Both the position numbers and the translations under genes were made by a program. DNA of 64,000 bases from assembly GCA_963711835.1 (NCBI GenBank), contig CAVQFQ010000012.1, forward strand, positions 64,001 to 128,000, written 5' to 3'. Below, one piece after another: positions 51,085 to 62,059 of the stretch. Positions within the stretch are counted from its first letter, which is position 1. Each line of letters begins with the position of its first letter. Below the pieces are notes generated by a model. That model did not search any database. It was not told the DNA's origin and saw only the letters and a list, made by a program, of their open reading frames with translations. Source of the stretch: an uncultured delta proteobacterium. GTDB lineage: Bacteria; Desulfobacterota; RBG-13-43-22.

Positions 51085-51954
51085 CTAACGGGTCCCCCCA
51101 AACAATCCCTGGGGACGCCAGAGCAGCACGGCCGCCATCAAAATAAAGGTCAGGAACAAGTCAAGAGTCGGGAAAAAACGGGTCCCGAAGGAGGAGAGAA
51201 CCCCGATAATCAGAGCCCCTACAAAGGCTCCCTTCAGGCTGCCCAAGCCTCCGATCACGGCCACGATAAAGGCATCGATGATAATGGCCTCACCCATACC
51301 GGAAGTCATGATCCCCACATAGGGCACGGCCAAACCTCCGCCCATGGCCCCCAGCCAGGTTCCGAAAAGAAAAACGGAAGTAAACAGGACAGGCACCCGG
51401 ACTCCGATGGCCGAAGCCATTTCCCGGTCCGATGAAGAAGCCCGGATGATCCTTCCCCACCAGGTCTTTTCGATCATGCCCCAGAGCCCCAGGGCGACCA
51501 ATGGACCGACGATGATGATGAAAATATTGTAGACGGGAAACCCCCGGCCCAGGACATCCATGGAGCCTCCGAGACTGGCCAATCCCGGAGGGCTGATGGA
51601 TCCGGCGCCCCAGATTATTTTTACCAGGTTGTCGAAAATTAATACAAAGGCAAAAGTCAACAGGAGCTGATACGGCAGGGCAAGGTGATAGACATAGCGG
51701 AGAAAAAACCGCTCGACAATAAAGCCGACGGCACAGACGCATAGGGGACCGAGGATCAGTCCCAGCCAGAAATTAGCCCCCAGATATTTCAGGACCGTAA
51801 AGCAGAAATAGGCCCCCAGCATATAGAAACTGCCGTGGGCGAAATTCAAGACCCCTAAGACCCCAAAGATCAAGGTCAAGCCGCTGGCCACCAGCCAGAT
51901 GAACATACCGGTAGAGAGCCCGGCCAGGATGACGTGGACGAGGGATTGGAGCAT
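51085..51954 (-). CDS. livH: Liv-type ABC permease
   Basis: ASGLTLIFGVLGVLNFAHG, VIGGLGSL.GA, RPQGLFG. Confidence 0.92.
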   Translation of the reverse strand: MLQSLVHVILAGLSTGMFIWLVASGLTLIFGVLGVLNFAHGSFYMLGAYFCFTVLKYLGANFWLGLILGPLCVCAVGFIVERFFLRYVYHLALPYQLLLTFAFVLIFDNLVKIIWGAGSISPPGLASLGGSMDVLGRGFPVYNIFIIIVGPLVALGLWGMIEKTWWGRIIRASSSDREMASAIGVRVPVLFTSVFLFGTWLGAMGGGLAVPYVGIMTSGMGEAIIIDAFIVAVIGGLGSLKGAFVGALIIGVLSSFGTRFFPTLDLFLTFILMAAVLLWRPQGLFGGTR

Positions 51955-51963
51955 ACTATAGGT

Positions 51964-52104
51964 AAATTCGAATTTCGAAATTCGAAATCCGAAACAAGTT
52001 CAAAAGGTCCAATTTCAAAATTTGAAACAATTTTGTTGCAATCATTTGGATTTTGGACCTTCGAGCTTGTTTCGAATTTCGTGCTTCGAATTTCGAAATT
52101 TGGT
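51964..52104. repeat. Family C element, copy 3
   Basis: (CGAAWTY)n CGAAACAA...TTGTTTCGAATTTCGTGCTTCGAATTTCG between the SBP gene and livH. Confidence 0.8.
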
Positions 52105-52172
52105 TTTTGGCTTCCAGGCTGCAAAGACCGACTTGGTCGGAAACCTTTGCCTCCTGCAACCTTGCACGGTTT

Positions 52173-53474
52173 TTAACTGCTGAAGGGTGGATCAGCGCCC
52201 GGGCCTTCAAAGGGCGGCCTGGCGAAATACTGCTTGGCCGGGATGACCTTTGACTCGCCCATGATCTTAAAAGGATATTTGGGATCACCCTTGGTTTTTC
52301 CCCAGGGTACGTCATACAATGGCCTGATGGTCCTCCTTGCGGAAAATGCGATGGCCCGCCGGGGTCTCCATCTCCATGCCCTCCAGGGCCTGGATCAAGG
52401 CCTTGGTTTCTTTGGAACCCGACTTCTCCACGGCGGCCTTGAGTGCGTAGATGGCCGAGTAACCCCCCTCTGAAACGTAGGCCGGATAGTGGTTCCAGCG
52501 TTTCCGGAAACGGGCCACCCAATCATTATTGTTTTTGTTATTAGGATAGAGAAAGAAATAACGGCCCGAGATCCAGATATTATCCGGCATCTCCTGGCCC
52601 ATCCCTTCCAGGACGTCCATGGCCGCTCCCACCGGCAGCATGATATGTTTGATCTTTTCAAACAGGCCGGCCTGCTTGGCCTGCTTCAAAAAGGTAATCA
52701 ATTCGCCGGCCCATTCGGTGGAATAAAGACCGTCGGGATTGGCATCCATGACAGTGTTGATGTGGGAACGAAAATCCGTTGTCCCGGCGGGGGCCCAGGA
52801 TTCAGCCGTGAAGGACACCCCCGGCTTCAATTTCTTCAGGGTTTCCTGAAACATCTTCCAGCAGGTAAACCCGTACTCATAATTCGGACTCACGGTGGCC
52901 CATTTCATGGCCGGAAGGTCTTTGGCGATGAAGGCGGCCGCATTGGCATCGTGGTAGGTGGCGTTGACAGATGCGGAAAATCTGTTTGATCCCTTTCTTG
53001 AAAACCATCTGTTCGGTCAGTTTTTCCGTAGCCGCATGGGTGACCATCAAAACCCGGTCCAACTTCTCGATGATGGGAGCCAGGGCCAGGGCCTGTCCGG
53101 AGGAATCCACTCCCGCCAGATAATCGGCCCCCCAGCTATCTACAAAGTAGCGGGCATTTTTGATGGCGTCATCCGCTTTCATGGTGGAATCCCTGAATTC
53201 AATTTCCACCTTGACACCGGCAATCCCGCCTTTTTGGTTGATCTCTTCCACGGCCAACTGGGCGCCCATTTTGTGGAACTCCCCATAGCCGGCCAAGGTC
53301 CCGGAAAGCACAGCCTGATAGCCGACCTTGATGGGACCTTTAATCTTGGGGGCTCTGAGCCCACAAGCCTGTGGGCACCATCACCCCGGAACCGAGGGCA
53401 CTGGCACCGGCCACTAAGGAACCGGCACCAACCAATTTTAAGAATTTACGGCGATCCATCTCGTTTCTGTTCAT
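52173..53474 (-). CDS. Liv-type substrate-binding protein with Tat signal (several frameshifts)
   Basis: MNRNEMDRRKFLK; LSG..AGYG...GAQLAVEEIN.KGGI; PNYEYG; FRKEDHQA in split ORFs. Confidence 0.8.
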
Positions 53475-53675
53475 AATTAACCCCCTTTGGTTATAAGGTC
53501 GTTTTCCTTAAAACTATCTTAATTCCCCCACTCTTTAGGCTTGCCCTTAACTGCGGTTTAATTGTATAGTTTCTTAACAAAAGGTCTCTTGCTCTGTCAA
53601 GAAAATTTAACTGATATCATTACGATATACATCACAACCCGCCGCTATCCCTGAGCGGGGTCTGAGGTGGCAACC

Positions 53676-54030
53676 ATGAACCTGGATCTCTTTGACTTAA
53701 CCGGAAAAGTGGCCCTGGTCACCGGGGCCTCCAAAGGGCTGGGCAAGGCCCTGGCCAGAGGATTAGCCAAAGCCGGGGCTGATCTGGCCCTGTGTGCCCG
53801 GAATCTGGATGACTTGGAAAAGACCAGTTCCCAGGTCCAGGCCTAAGGGGTGCGGGCCCGGATCTTTTCCCTGGATGTGCTGGATCAGCGCAGCGTCCGC
53901 CAGGCGGTGGAAAAGATATTATCCGCCTTTGACCGAATCGATATCCTGGTCAACAATGCCGGAGTCAATATACGCAAACCGGGGCTGGATCTGACCGAAG
54001 CCGACTGGGACCAGATATCGGGACATTGAA
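53676..54030 (+). pseudogene. Truncated SDR, partial duplicate of the gene at 63495
   Basis: MNLDLFDLTGKVALVTGASKGLG, in-frame TAG near 53844, LVNNAG, then truncated. Confidence 0.8.
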
Positions 54031-54097
54031 GGGATCTCCTTTTTGTTAGACGTTTCCGAGATCAAGAAACCTTGCCTTCCTAAAAATTCAAGACTTT

Positions 54098-54505
54098 TTA
54101 ATACTTGCTCAAGGCCTTGGGTATCATCCTCGGGTTGGCAATTTCTAATTTCCTGATTACCGTTTCCCGGAGGTGGGCCAAGACCTCTTTCCGCCATGCT
54201 CCGGTATCGGCCTCCCCCTCCCTGATATGCCGGCAGAGTTCCTCGTTGAGACTGGAGACCTTTTCCTTAATCAAGTCCGCGGAAACTTCCTTGGAAGGCG
54301 GGCAAGAAAGCAGCTTGCCGAGACCCTCGGCTTCTCTTATCAGGTATTGCTTTTCCAAGGCCGCCTCCCGTCCGATAATTTTTAACAAGTTGGCCGCCAC
54401 CCGGGTGTGGAACCGCAAAGGTTCTTCCAATACCGGCACCAGCTCTGACTCCAGGAAATGACAGATACCTTTAAGTAACTCTGCGCTGGTGGGACGATCC
54501 TGCAA
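54098..54505 (-). CDS. DUF6285/LvaB-like small protein
   Basis: MQDRPT..ELL...FL......RFHTRVAAN.L....RE...KLEIANP, directly after the APH gene. Confidence 0.75.
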   Translation of the reverse strand: MQDRPTSAELLKGICHFLESELVPVLEEPLRFHTRVAANLLKIIGREAALEKQYLIREAEGLGKLLSCPPSKEVSADLIKEKVSSLNEELCRHIREGEADTGAWRKEVLAHLRETVIRKLEIANPRMIPKALSKY

Positions 54506-54506
54506 T

Positions 54507-55526
54507 CTAATTCTCCTCGATCAAGGTCAGCAATTGCAGTTCAACCTCAGCGGTCTTGCGTCCCAGGCTGGCGAGCTCGATACTGCTGCTATCGCCCTGT
54601 ATAAAGGGAATGGCCTGCAGAATGGTAATGATCCCCCATTTTAAGTTGCCGAAAACTTCCCAATAATAGAGCCTTTCGGGATCAAAAGGAAAACCGTCGG
54701 CCTCCTGGTAAGCCTTATAAAAGTCCTCTCGCTCTCCGATTCCTCCGATAGGCTTGGCCTCCTGTCCAAAGCGCCAGGCCTGGACACTGATATAGCCGAC
54801 ATCCTCAAGGGGGTCGCCGATGTGGGCTAACTCCCAATCCAGGATTGATCGAACTCCTGCTTCGTTATATACGATATTCCCCAGGCGATAATCCCCGTGG
54901 ACCAGGACTTGTTCCCTGGGAGACGGAAGGTGTGCTTTCAGCCACCGGATAGCCAACTCCAGGGCCGGGTGGGGATCGGGCGAAAATTTTTCCAGGAGGG
55001 TCTCATAAAAACCCAATTCGCTCAGGGCCGGGGAGCTGTGGCGTGATCTCCATGGTAAAAAGTCATAGGTCTGTTTCCTGAGGGGGATCCGATGAATTCG
55101 GGCCAGCGCACGACCAAGCTGTCCGGGAATGGCTCGGCGGGCCTTCTGATAGAGATCGTCCCGCTGAAGGCGCCGAACCAGGGTTTCTCCTTCTATCCGT
55201 TCCAGGATGGAGAAAGGGTTTCCTAGGTCTTCCTCCCCGACCCAGTACGGCCGGGGGACAGGGATTTCCCAGGCATGAACTTCACGAAGCAAATAAAACT
55301 CCGTTTTTAAATCAATGGAAACCGGAAGAGGAGATGCCCGTTCGATACGCAGCACCATCGGAATGACCTCTTTGTTTCCTTCCAAAGACCCGAATAGATC
55401 AAAAGACCAAGTTTCCTTGGAGGCCCCTCCGGGCATTTTCCTAAGGTTTTCCACCCGGGCCTCTTCAAAGTCCTTTTGACGGTTGATAAATCGCTCTAAC
55501 GATTCCTTCGTGGCAGCGGAATTCAC
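54507..55526 (-). CDS. APH-family phosphotransferase, LvaA/ACAD10-kinase-like
   Basis: GGASKETW, LVHGDYRLGN, ILDWELAHIGDP.ED, WRFG. Confidence 0.88.
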   Translation of the reverse strand: MNSAATKESLERFINRQKDFEEARVENLRKMPGGASKETWSFDLFGSLEGNKEVIPMVLRIERASPLPVSIDLKTEFYLLREVHAWEIPVPRPYWVGEEDLGNPFSILERIEGETLVRRLQRDDLYQKARRAIPGQLGRALARIHRIPLRKQTYDFLPWRSRHSSPALSELGFYETLLEKFSPDPHPALELAIRWLKAHLPSPREQVLVHGDYRLGNIVYNEAGVRSILDWELAHIGDPLEDVGYISVQAWRFGQEAKPIGGIGEREDFYKAYQEADGFPFDPERLYYWEVFGNLKWGIITILQAIPFIQGDSSSIELASLGRKTAEVELQLLTLIEEN

Positions 55527-55533
55527 TCTGGAA

Positions 55534-57261
55534 TCATCCCGGAAGCGAAGGGCCTTCCTTCTTTTCCTGGCCGTTGGCTCGCGGTGCTTCTTTTTCCCGG
55601 AGGGTCCGACGGAGAAATTTGCCGGTCAACGTTTTGGGGATTTCCTGGACCAGCTCCACCTGGCGGGGGTACTTGTAAGCGGCCATGCGCTCCCTGCAAA
55701 AGGCGATGATTTCCTCGGGCGTAACCTTACTTTCCATCCCGGGCTTGAGGGCCACAAAGGCCTTGACTGTTTCCCCCCGATAGGGGTCGGGGACCCCTAT
55801 TACGGCCGTCTCTTTAACGGCCGGGTGCTGGTAAATGACATCCTCCACATCGCGCGGCCAAACCTTGTAACCCGAGGCTACGATCATATCCTTTTTTCTG
55901 TCCACCAGATAAAACCACCCGGCCTCATCCATCTTGCCCACGTCGCCGGTATAAAGCCAGCCATCCCGAATGGCGTGGCGGGTCTCCTCCGGTTTTTCCC
56001 AGTAACCGGGCACCACCATGGGACCGTAATCCACAATCTCTCCCACTTCCCCCAGGGGCATTTCCCGCCGGCCATCTTCCAGGTCCATGATTTTAACAAC
56101 CGAATCGGGAACCGGCAGCCCCACGGACAGGGCGCCGCTTTCGGGATCAACTGGAATGGGTAGGCCCCAAGGGACCAGGTGGGAGGGTGAATTGGTTTCT
56201 GTCATGCCGTAGGCGTTATAGATCGAAAGCCCGGTCAGCTCTTTAAACTGTTCCACCACTGCCACCGAAACCGGGGCCCCTCCGCTGTAGGCCTTGATGA
56301 GCGAGGAGAGGTTTCGACGGCGGATTTCCGGTTGGTTCATCAAGGCGATGTAGACCGTTATGGCGGCCACCGTTATGGTCGCCTTCCAGCGCTCGATCAA
56401 CCGCAGGGTCTCTGCCGGGTCAAAACGATAAAACAGGATGACGGGAATCCCGGCCAGGGCGGCAATGGCCAGATGAGCCACCTCCCCGGTTACATGAAAT
56501 AACGGGGCCACCCCCAGAATAACATCCTCCGGATCAACCCTCAGAAAGGTTTGATAGACCCGGGAAGTAAACACAATGTTCCCGTGGGTGTTCATGGCCC
56601 CTTTCGGGGGACCGGTGGTGCCTGAGGTATAGGTGAGGTAGGCCACATCCGCCGGAGAAAGACCTGGATCGGCCGGAGCCTGCCCCTGATTCCGGTTGAT
56701 GAGTTCCAGCAGATCCAGGGTTCCGGGGAGGCGCACCTTCTTCAGCCCCTTCAGCAGCGCAGGCGGCTGGTCCGGGTCCGGCACCCAGTCCAAAGGGGAG
56801 GTGGTGAGGACCTGCTCCACGGAAGTACTTTTCAGAAAGCCCAGATCCAGGCCCCGGGCTACATCATCCTGGATGAGGAGGATTTTGGCTTTCGAATCCT
56901 GACAGAAGTAGGTCAGCTCCTTTTCCTTGTACATGGGGTTGAGGGGAACCACGATCGCCCCCGCTTTCCAGGAGGCATACAGAGCGATCAGAAACTGGGG
57001 GATATTCTGAAGCACCACCATCACCCGGTCTCCTTTTCCGACGCCCAGGCCGGTCAAACCGACCGCCAGTTCATCCGATAAGGCGGATAAAGTCCCGTAA
57101 GACAGGGGCTGGTCGAAATAATAGATCGCCGGTCTTTCCGGCACCCGGGCCGCCGAGGCCTGGAAGTCATCCAGGGCGGTCCGCTCCGGGATTTCCAACT
57201 GGGCCGGAATCCAGTCGGGGTAGGTCTTTAACCAGGGTTTTTTTTCATAGAGTGAATCCAT
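55534..57261 (-). CDS. Acyl-CoA synthetase
   Basis: YTSGTTGPPKG, YGMTE, TGDVG, PKTLTGK. Confidence 0.95.
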   Translation of the reverse strand: MDSLYEKKPWLKTYPDWIPAQLEIPERTALDDFQASAARVPERPAIYYFDQPLSYGTLSALSDELAVGLTGLGVGKGDRVMVVLQNIPQFLIALYASWKAGAIVVPLNPMYKEKELTYFCQDSKAKILLIQDDVARGLDLGFLKSTSVEQVLTTSPLDWVPDPDQPPALLKGLKKVRLPGTLDLLELINRNQGQAPADPGLSPADVAYLTYTSGTTGPPKGAMNTHGNIVFTSRVYQTFLRVDPEDVILGVAPLFHVTGEVAHLAIAALAGIPVILFYRFDPAETLRLIERWKATITVAAITVYIALMNQPEIRRRNLSSLIKAYSGGAPVSVAVVEQFKELTGLSIYNAYGMTETNSPSHLVPWGLPIPVDPESGALSVGLPVPDSVVKIMDLEDGRREMPLGEVGEIVDYGPMVVPGYWEKPEETRHAIRDGWLYTGDVGKMDEAGWFYLVDRKKDMIVASGYKVWPRDVEDVIYQHPAVKETAVIGVPDPYRGETVKAFVALKPGMESKVTPEEIIAFCRERMAAYKYPRQVELVQEIPKTLTGKFLRRTLREKEAPRANGQEKKEGPSLPG

Positions 57262-57302
57262 CGTTCTTTCTTTTCAAACGGTGCGGTTGATCCGCTCGGC
57301 GG

Positions 57303-57998
57303 TTACAGGGCCAGATATTTTATTTTCAATTCCTCGTTGCTTTTGAGTTCCTCGCAGGTCCCGCTCCACTGGATCTGCCCCTTGTCTATCACGTAGGCAC
57401 GGTGGCTGATGTTGACGGCCAACCCCAAGCCCATTTCGGAGAGCACCAGGGTTATTTTTTCTTGCGAAAGGCGCTGGATCTGTTCGGCCAGGGCCTCCAC
57501 CACCAAAGGGGCCAATCCTTCCGAGGGCTCATCCAGGAGCAGCAGTTCGGGGTTGCCCATCAGCGTCCGGCCGATGGTCAGCATCTGCTGTTCACCGCCG
57601 GAAAGCTGGTTCCCAAAATGCTTTTGCATCCTTTCCAGTTGAGGAAACATGGCGAAAATTTTTTCCAGGGTCCAGTCGCCCATCCCTTTTTTTTGAGCCA
57701 CTTCCAACTGCTCCCGGACCGTCAGGCTGGGAAAAACCCGGCGGTCTTCCGGGACAAAACCGACGCCCAGACGGCTGATGGCAATCGGGCTCCGGCCGGC
57801 GATCTCCTGGCCCCTGTAGCGGACGGCGCCGGAGCGGGGAGGCGTCAGCCCCATAATGGATCGCAGGGTGGTGGTTTTACCCGCACCGTTCCGGCCCAGC
57901 AGGCAGACCGTCTCCCCCTCGGCTACGGTCAGAGAAAGGTCGAACAGTATATGGCTCGATCCGTAAAAGGTATTGATTCGTTCCAGCTCCAGGATCAT
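57303..57998 (-). CDS. livF: Liv-type ABC ATP-binding protein
   Basis: GRNGAGKTT, LSGGEQQML, LLDEPSEGLAP. Confidence 0.92.
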   Translation of the reverse strand: MILELERINTFYGSSHILFDLSLTVAEGETVCLLGRNGAGKTTTLRSIMGLTPPRSGAVRYRGQEIAGRSPIAISRLGVGFVPEDRRVFPSLTVREQLEVAQKKGMGDWTLEKIFAMFPQLERMQKHFGNQLSGGEQQMLTIGRTLMGNPELLLLDEPSEGLAPLVVEALAEQIQRLSQEKITLVLSEMGLGLAVNISHRAYVIDKGQIQWSGTCEELKSNEELKIKYLAL

Positions 57999-58735
57999 CC
58001 TTTTTCTCCTAAGTAGACCTGGCGGACCTTAGGGTCCTCCTTGATCCGGGCCGGCGGGCCGTCGGCGATTATCTGCCCCTGGACCATGACGGCGATCCGC
58101 CGGGCCCAGGCGAAAACGATGCTCATGTCGTGTTCGGTAAACAGCAGCGTCAGCTTTTCTTTTTCGGCCAGTTCGTTGATCAGGGCCATAGTGCCCAGCC
58201 GTTCATCGGGGGCCATGCCGGCGGTCGGTTCATCCAGCAGAATCAGATGCGAATTATTGGCCAGGACCATTCCGATTTCCAATCTTTTTTTATCGCCATG
58301 GGAAAGCAGTCCCCCGGGGGTCCCGGCCAGGTCCTGAAGGCCCACCTTGATCAGGATTTCTTCGGTCGCCTCCCGGAACATCTTTCGGGCCGGGGAGAAC
58401 AGGTGGAAGGATTTCTTTCGGGCCGCGATCAGGGTCATCTGGACGCTTTCAAAGACAGACAGGTCGGGATAGATATTGACGATCTGGAAGGACCGCCCCA
58501 CCCCCCTCCGGACGATTTGATCCGCGGAACGCCTGGCCAGATTCTCGCCCCGGTAGAGGATCTCGCCGCCATCAGGACTGTAATATCCGGAGAGGAGGTT
58601 AAAAAAGGTGCTTTTACCGGCGCCGTTGGGGCCGATAACCGCCAACCGCTCCCCTTCCTCCACGGCCAGGTTCACGTCGTAAACGGCCATCAGCCTTCCG
58701 AAGGTCTTTCGCAGGTTCTTGATCTGCAGAAACAT
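57995..58735 (-). CDS. livG: Liv-type ABC ATP-binding protein
   Basis: GPNGAGKST, LSHGD, DEPTAGM, TEHDM. Confidence 0.92.
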   Translation of the reverse strand: MFLQIKNLRKTFGRLMAVYDVNLAVEEGERLAVIGPNGAGKSTFFNLLSGYYSPDGGEILYRGENLARRSADQIVRRGVGRSFQIVNIYPDLSVFESVQMTLIAARKKSFHLFSPARKMFREATEEILIKVGLQDLAGTPGGLLSHGDKKRLEIGMVLANNSHLILLDEPTAGMAPDERLGTMALINELAEKEKLTLLFTEHDMSIVFAWARRIAVMVQGQIIADGPPARIKEDPKVRQVYLGEKG

Positions 58736-58746
58736 GGACGCCTTTC

Positions 58747-59706
58747 TCAGCGGTGGGGCGCGGTTCCGCTGCCGAACCGGTCTTTAAAGAACCCTGAGAT
58801 CCCCCCCGGCATGAAGAGGACGAAAAGGATGATCAACAGACCCAGGACCAACTGCCAGTAAAAGGTATACAGGGAGATATAGTGTTCCAGCAGGGTGATG
58901 ATGGCCGACCCTACCAGCGGCCCGATAAACACCCCGACTCCGCCCAGGATGCACATCAGGACCACACTGGCCGAGGTGGTCCAGTAGCCGAACTCCGGGA
59001 ATACCGCCCGGTTAAAGATGGCCAGCAGGGAGCCGGCAATCCCGGCAAAAAATCCGGCGATGACGAAATTAAGCAACTGGTGGTGCCAGACCTTTAGGCC
59101 GCTGAAGGTCACCCGGTCCCGGTTTTCCCGGATGGCCACGATGGTCTGCCCAAAGGCCGATCCCTGGATAATTCGGATCAGGGCCAGACAGGCGCATAGA
59201 ACGGCCAGTACTACATAATAATAGGCTTTGGCGCTCTGAATGGCCGCCGGGATGGGTATCCCCGTAATCCCGTCGTCGCCCCCGGTAAGACCGTACCATT
59301 TATGGGCGAAGGCCCAGACGATCTGGCTGAAGCCCATGGTCAGAATGGCGAAGTGAATGCCGCTGAGCCGGACGGAAAAATACCCGATCACCACGGCCAG
59401 CATGGCGGCGGCCAAGGGGGCGGCCGCAAGCCCCAGGATCAGGGGGGCCTTGAGCCGGACCACAAACAGGGCCAGGGTGTATCCGCCTACGGCGTAGAAG
59501 GCCGCATGGCCGAAAGAAGGCAGACCGGCCCGGCCCAGGATCATGTTCAGGCTCATGGCGAACAGGGCGACGATCAGGACTTGAATGGCCATGTGAAGCC
59601 ACATCTTGGGCGCCCAGACCGGCAACAGGGTCAAAAAGGCCAAAATGATCAAGATCAAGACCCAAAGAGTGGTTCTTCCCTTCCGCTTTTCCCCTGGCTG
59701 TGGCAT
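58747..59706 (-). CDS. livM: Liv-type ABC permease
   Basis: GLPSFGHAAF, TGGDDG, AIREN. Confidence 0.9.
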   Translation of the reverse strand: MPQPGEKRKGRTTLWVLILIILAFLTLLPVWAPKMWLHMAIQVLIVALFAMSLNMILGRAGLPSFGHAAFYAVGGYTLALFVVRLKAPLILGLAAAPLAAAMLAVVIGYFSVRLSGIHFAILTMGFSQIVWAFAHKWYGLTGGDDGITGIPIPAAIQSAKAYYYVVLAVLCACLALIRIIQGSAFGQTIVAIRENRDRVTFSGLKVWHHQLLNFVIAGFFAGIAGSLLAIFNRAVFPEFGYWTTSASVVLMCILGGVGVFIGPLVGSAIITLLEHYISLYTFYWQLVLGLLIILFVLFMPGGISGFFKDRFGSGTAPHR

Positions 59707-59719
59707 GGGTCACCTCTGC

Positions 59720-60607
59720 CTATTTAATGACTACCGGCTTGCCGAAGAGGCCCCAGGGCCGGATAATTAAAACCACCACCATGACCAGATACGTAAAGGC
59801 GATGGCGAACTCGGGCAGGATCAGAATCCCGAAGGCCTGGACCTCGCCGACCAAGAAGGAGGCCAGCAACGCCCCCGGCAGGCTGCCCAGCCCGGCGATG
59901 ACCACCACCACAAAAGCGATGATCCCGGCCTCCACCCCCATATCGGCCGCCATACCGGCCATGGGAGCCACCAGTGCCCCACCGATGGCGGCAATCCAGG
60001 CCCCCAGACCGAAAACGCCGGTGAACACCCAGGGGACATTGATCCCCAAAGCGGCGGTCATTTCCCGGTCATCGGCCGCAGCCCGCATGGTCTTCCCCAG
60101 TTTGGTCTTATGAATGATAAACCAGATAAGGAAAAAAACAAAAAAACCCATGACGATCAGAAAAGCGTTGTAGAGCGGGAAAACGAGGCCGAAAATTTCC
60201 AGCGGCTGCTGGAACATGGGCGGCATGGGGGCGGTGAGGATGATCCAGCCCCAGAGCATCCGGGCCAGATCGTAGGTGACGATTAAAATCCCATAGGTCA
60301 TCAATAGGATGTACAAGGCCGGTTTCTCATAAAACCAGCGCAGCAGGAAGACCTCCAGGAGGCAGAAAAAGGCGGCCACCACGGTCGGAGCGATCAGCAG
60401 GGTCAGCCAGAATCCGGCATCGGTGCCGCCGAAAAGTTTCACAAAGCTATAGGTCGTATAGGCCCCCAGCATGTAAATGCCGCCCTGGGCGAAATTCATG
60501 ATCTTTAGGACCCCCAGGATCAGGGTCAGTCCGGCCGCGATCAGAAAATAGATCATGGCCGTGGTCAGGCCGCTCATAAATTGGGATAAGATATCGACAC
60601 CGGTCAT
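59720..60607 (-). CDS. livH: Liv-type ABC permease
   Basis: AAGLTLILGVL..MNFAQG, GLGSLPGA, RPWGLFG. Confidence 0.9.
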   Translation of the reverse strand: MTGVDILSQFMSGLTTAMIYFLIAAGLTLILGVLKIMNFAQGGIYMLGAYTTYSFVKLFGGTDAGFWLTLLIAPTVVAAFFCLLEVFLLRWFYEKPALYILLMTYGILIVTYDLARMLWGWIILTAPMPPMFQQPLEIFGLVFPLYNAFLIVMGFFVFFLIWFIIHKTKLGKTMRAAADDREMTAALGINVPWVFTGVFGLGAWIAAIGGALVAPMAGMAADMGVEAGIIAFVVVVIAGLGSLPGALLASFLVGEVQAFGILILPEFAIAFTYLVMVVVLIIRPWGLFGKPVVIK

Positions 60608-60630
60608 GGACGTGCCCTTATGGTTCCAGA

Positions 60631-60673
60631 GGTCGGGCGCCGGCCTCCGGTAGGTCGAGGCCGGCGCCCGACC
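60631..60673. terminator. 17-bp GC stem-loop between the SBP and permease genes (likely transcript stabiliser/attenuator)
   Basis: GGTCGGGCGCCGGCCTC-N9-GAGGCCGGCGCCCGACC, no U-tract. Confidence 0.6.
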
Positions 60674-60706
60674 GGGTTAGAAGCCGGTAGGGTAACTCAG
60701 GTCCCC

Positions 60707-61969
60707 TTACTTGGCGGCGGCCCTTTCCGCCTGGATTTGTTCGCAACTCGGCATGGTGGGCGGGCCCGGGATAGTGGTAATATCTTTTAAAACGAACCAG
60801 GGCCATTTGGGATCCTTGACGGTTACCCCGACGGCGATCCCGTAGTCGGATTGATGATCGCATTTCCGGATGGCGATGGTCTTAGACGGAGCGATGGTTT
60901 TGACGGAAATCCCTTCCAGGGCGCTGATCAGGGCCTCAGTGGCCACCGTTCCGGCCTTTTCAATCCCGGCTACGATAAAGCTGCCGGCGTTATAGCCCAA
61001 AACGGAATAATCGGAGGGAAACCGGCCCATTTTAGCCTGGTAGTTTTCGTAAAAGGCCTTGTTTTCGGGCGAACCCGGGTAGTCGAAGGGCGCCTCGGAC
61101 AGGACATACACGCCTTCCACCATTTCCTGACCCATGGGTCTCAGGAGGGGCATCCCCCAGAAGAGGCCTACGACCTTTATTTTGCTGAAGAAACCGTAGC
61201 CTTTGGCCTGCTTGATGAAGGTCATAGCATCGGTGCCCCACAGGCTGGTGTAGACGATTTCCGGTTTGGCCGTCATCAGGGCGGTGATATAAGGGGTATA
61301 ATCCGTAGTTCCCAATTTGGGCCATTGTTCGGTTACCAGCGTGAACCCGGGTTTCATGGCCTTCATAGCCTTGGAAAAGGCCGTAGCCTGGTCCCGGCCA
61401 TAGGCGTAGTCCGGGTGAATATAGGCCCACTTGGTATACGGTTTGTCCTTAAAATAATTGGCGGCGGCATGCCCGTTCATCCAGGTATTTCCCGAACTTC
61501 TAAAAACGTAGGGGTGTCCTTTGGAACCGGTGACGTCATCGGCCCGGGCATCCCAGACCCAGTAGAGGACCTTGTTTTCCTTCGCCCACTGAGACAGGGC
61601 CAAGGCACAGGCGCTGCTGATGCCGCCAACCAGGAAATCACATTTTTCTTCGAACATGAGTGCCTTGGCATTCTGAACAGCGATGTCGGGTTTTAGCTTG
61701 TCGTCTCGGACGATGATTTCAATTTTTCGCAAGCCTTCTTTGGTTTTCACGCCTCCCTTGGCATTGACCTCTTCGATCCTGGCCTTGAACCCCTCCACGT
61801 CATCCAATCCGAATTCCGAGACCATCCCGGAAATGGATTGAACGACCCCGATCTTGATCGGGGGAGGAGCCGCGTTTCCCTGACTGCTGCTGAAAACAAA
61901 AATACCTGCCACCAAGATTATGAACCAACCAAAAGACTTCCACCCTCCCCTGCCTTGTGAAGACTTCAT
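60707..61969 (-). CDS. Liv-type substrate-binding protein
   Basis: Signal peptide, IKIG, EVNAKGG, RDDKLKP, PDYAYG; AGGAGG SD before ATG 61969. Confidence 0.92.
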   Translation of the reverse strand: MKSSQGRGGWKSFGWFIILVAGIFVFSSSQGNAAPPPIKIGVVQSISGMVSEFGLDDVEGFKARIEEVNAKGGVKTKEGLRKIEIIVRDDKLKPDIAVQNAKALMFEEKCDFLVGGISSACALALSQWAKENKVLYWVWDARADDVTGSKGHPYVFRSSGNTWMNGHAAANYFKDKPYTKWAYIHPDYAYGRDQATAFSKAMKAMKPGFTLVTEQWPKLGTTDYTPYITALMTAKPEIVYTSLWGTDAMTFIKQAKGYGFFSKIKVVGLFWGMPLLRPMGQEMVEGVYVLSEAPFDYPGSPENKAFYENYQAKMGRFPSDYSVLGYNAGSFIVAGIEKAGTVATEALISALEGISVKTIAPSKTIAIRKCDHQSDYGIAVGVTVKDPKWPWFVLKDITTIPGPPTMPSCEQIQAERAAAK

Positions 61970-62059
61970 AAATTCCTCCTTTTCGCTTTGATGAATCAAC
62001 TCGTTGCCTGTTTCCCAGAAATTCCCAATCTATCCATCCTGGCCGCTATCCCCCCTCTC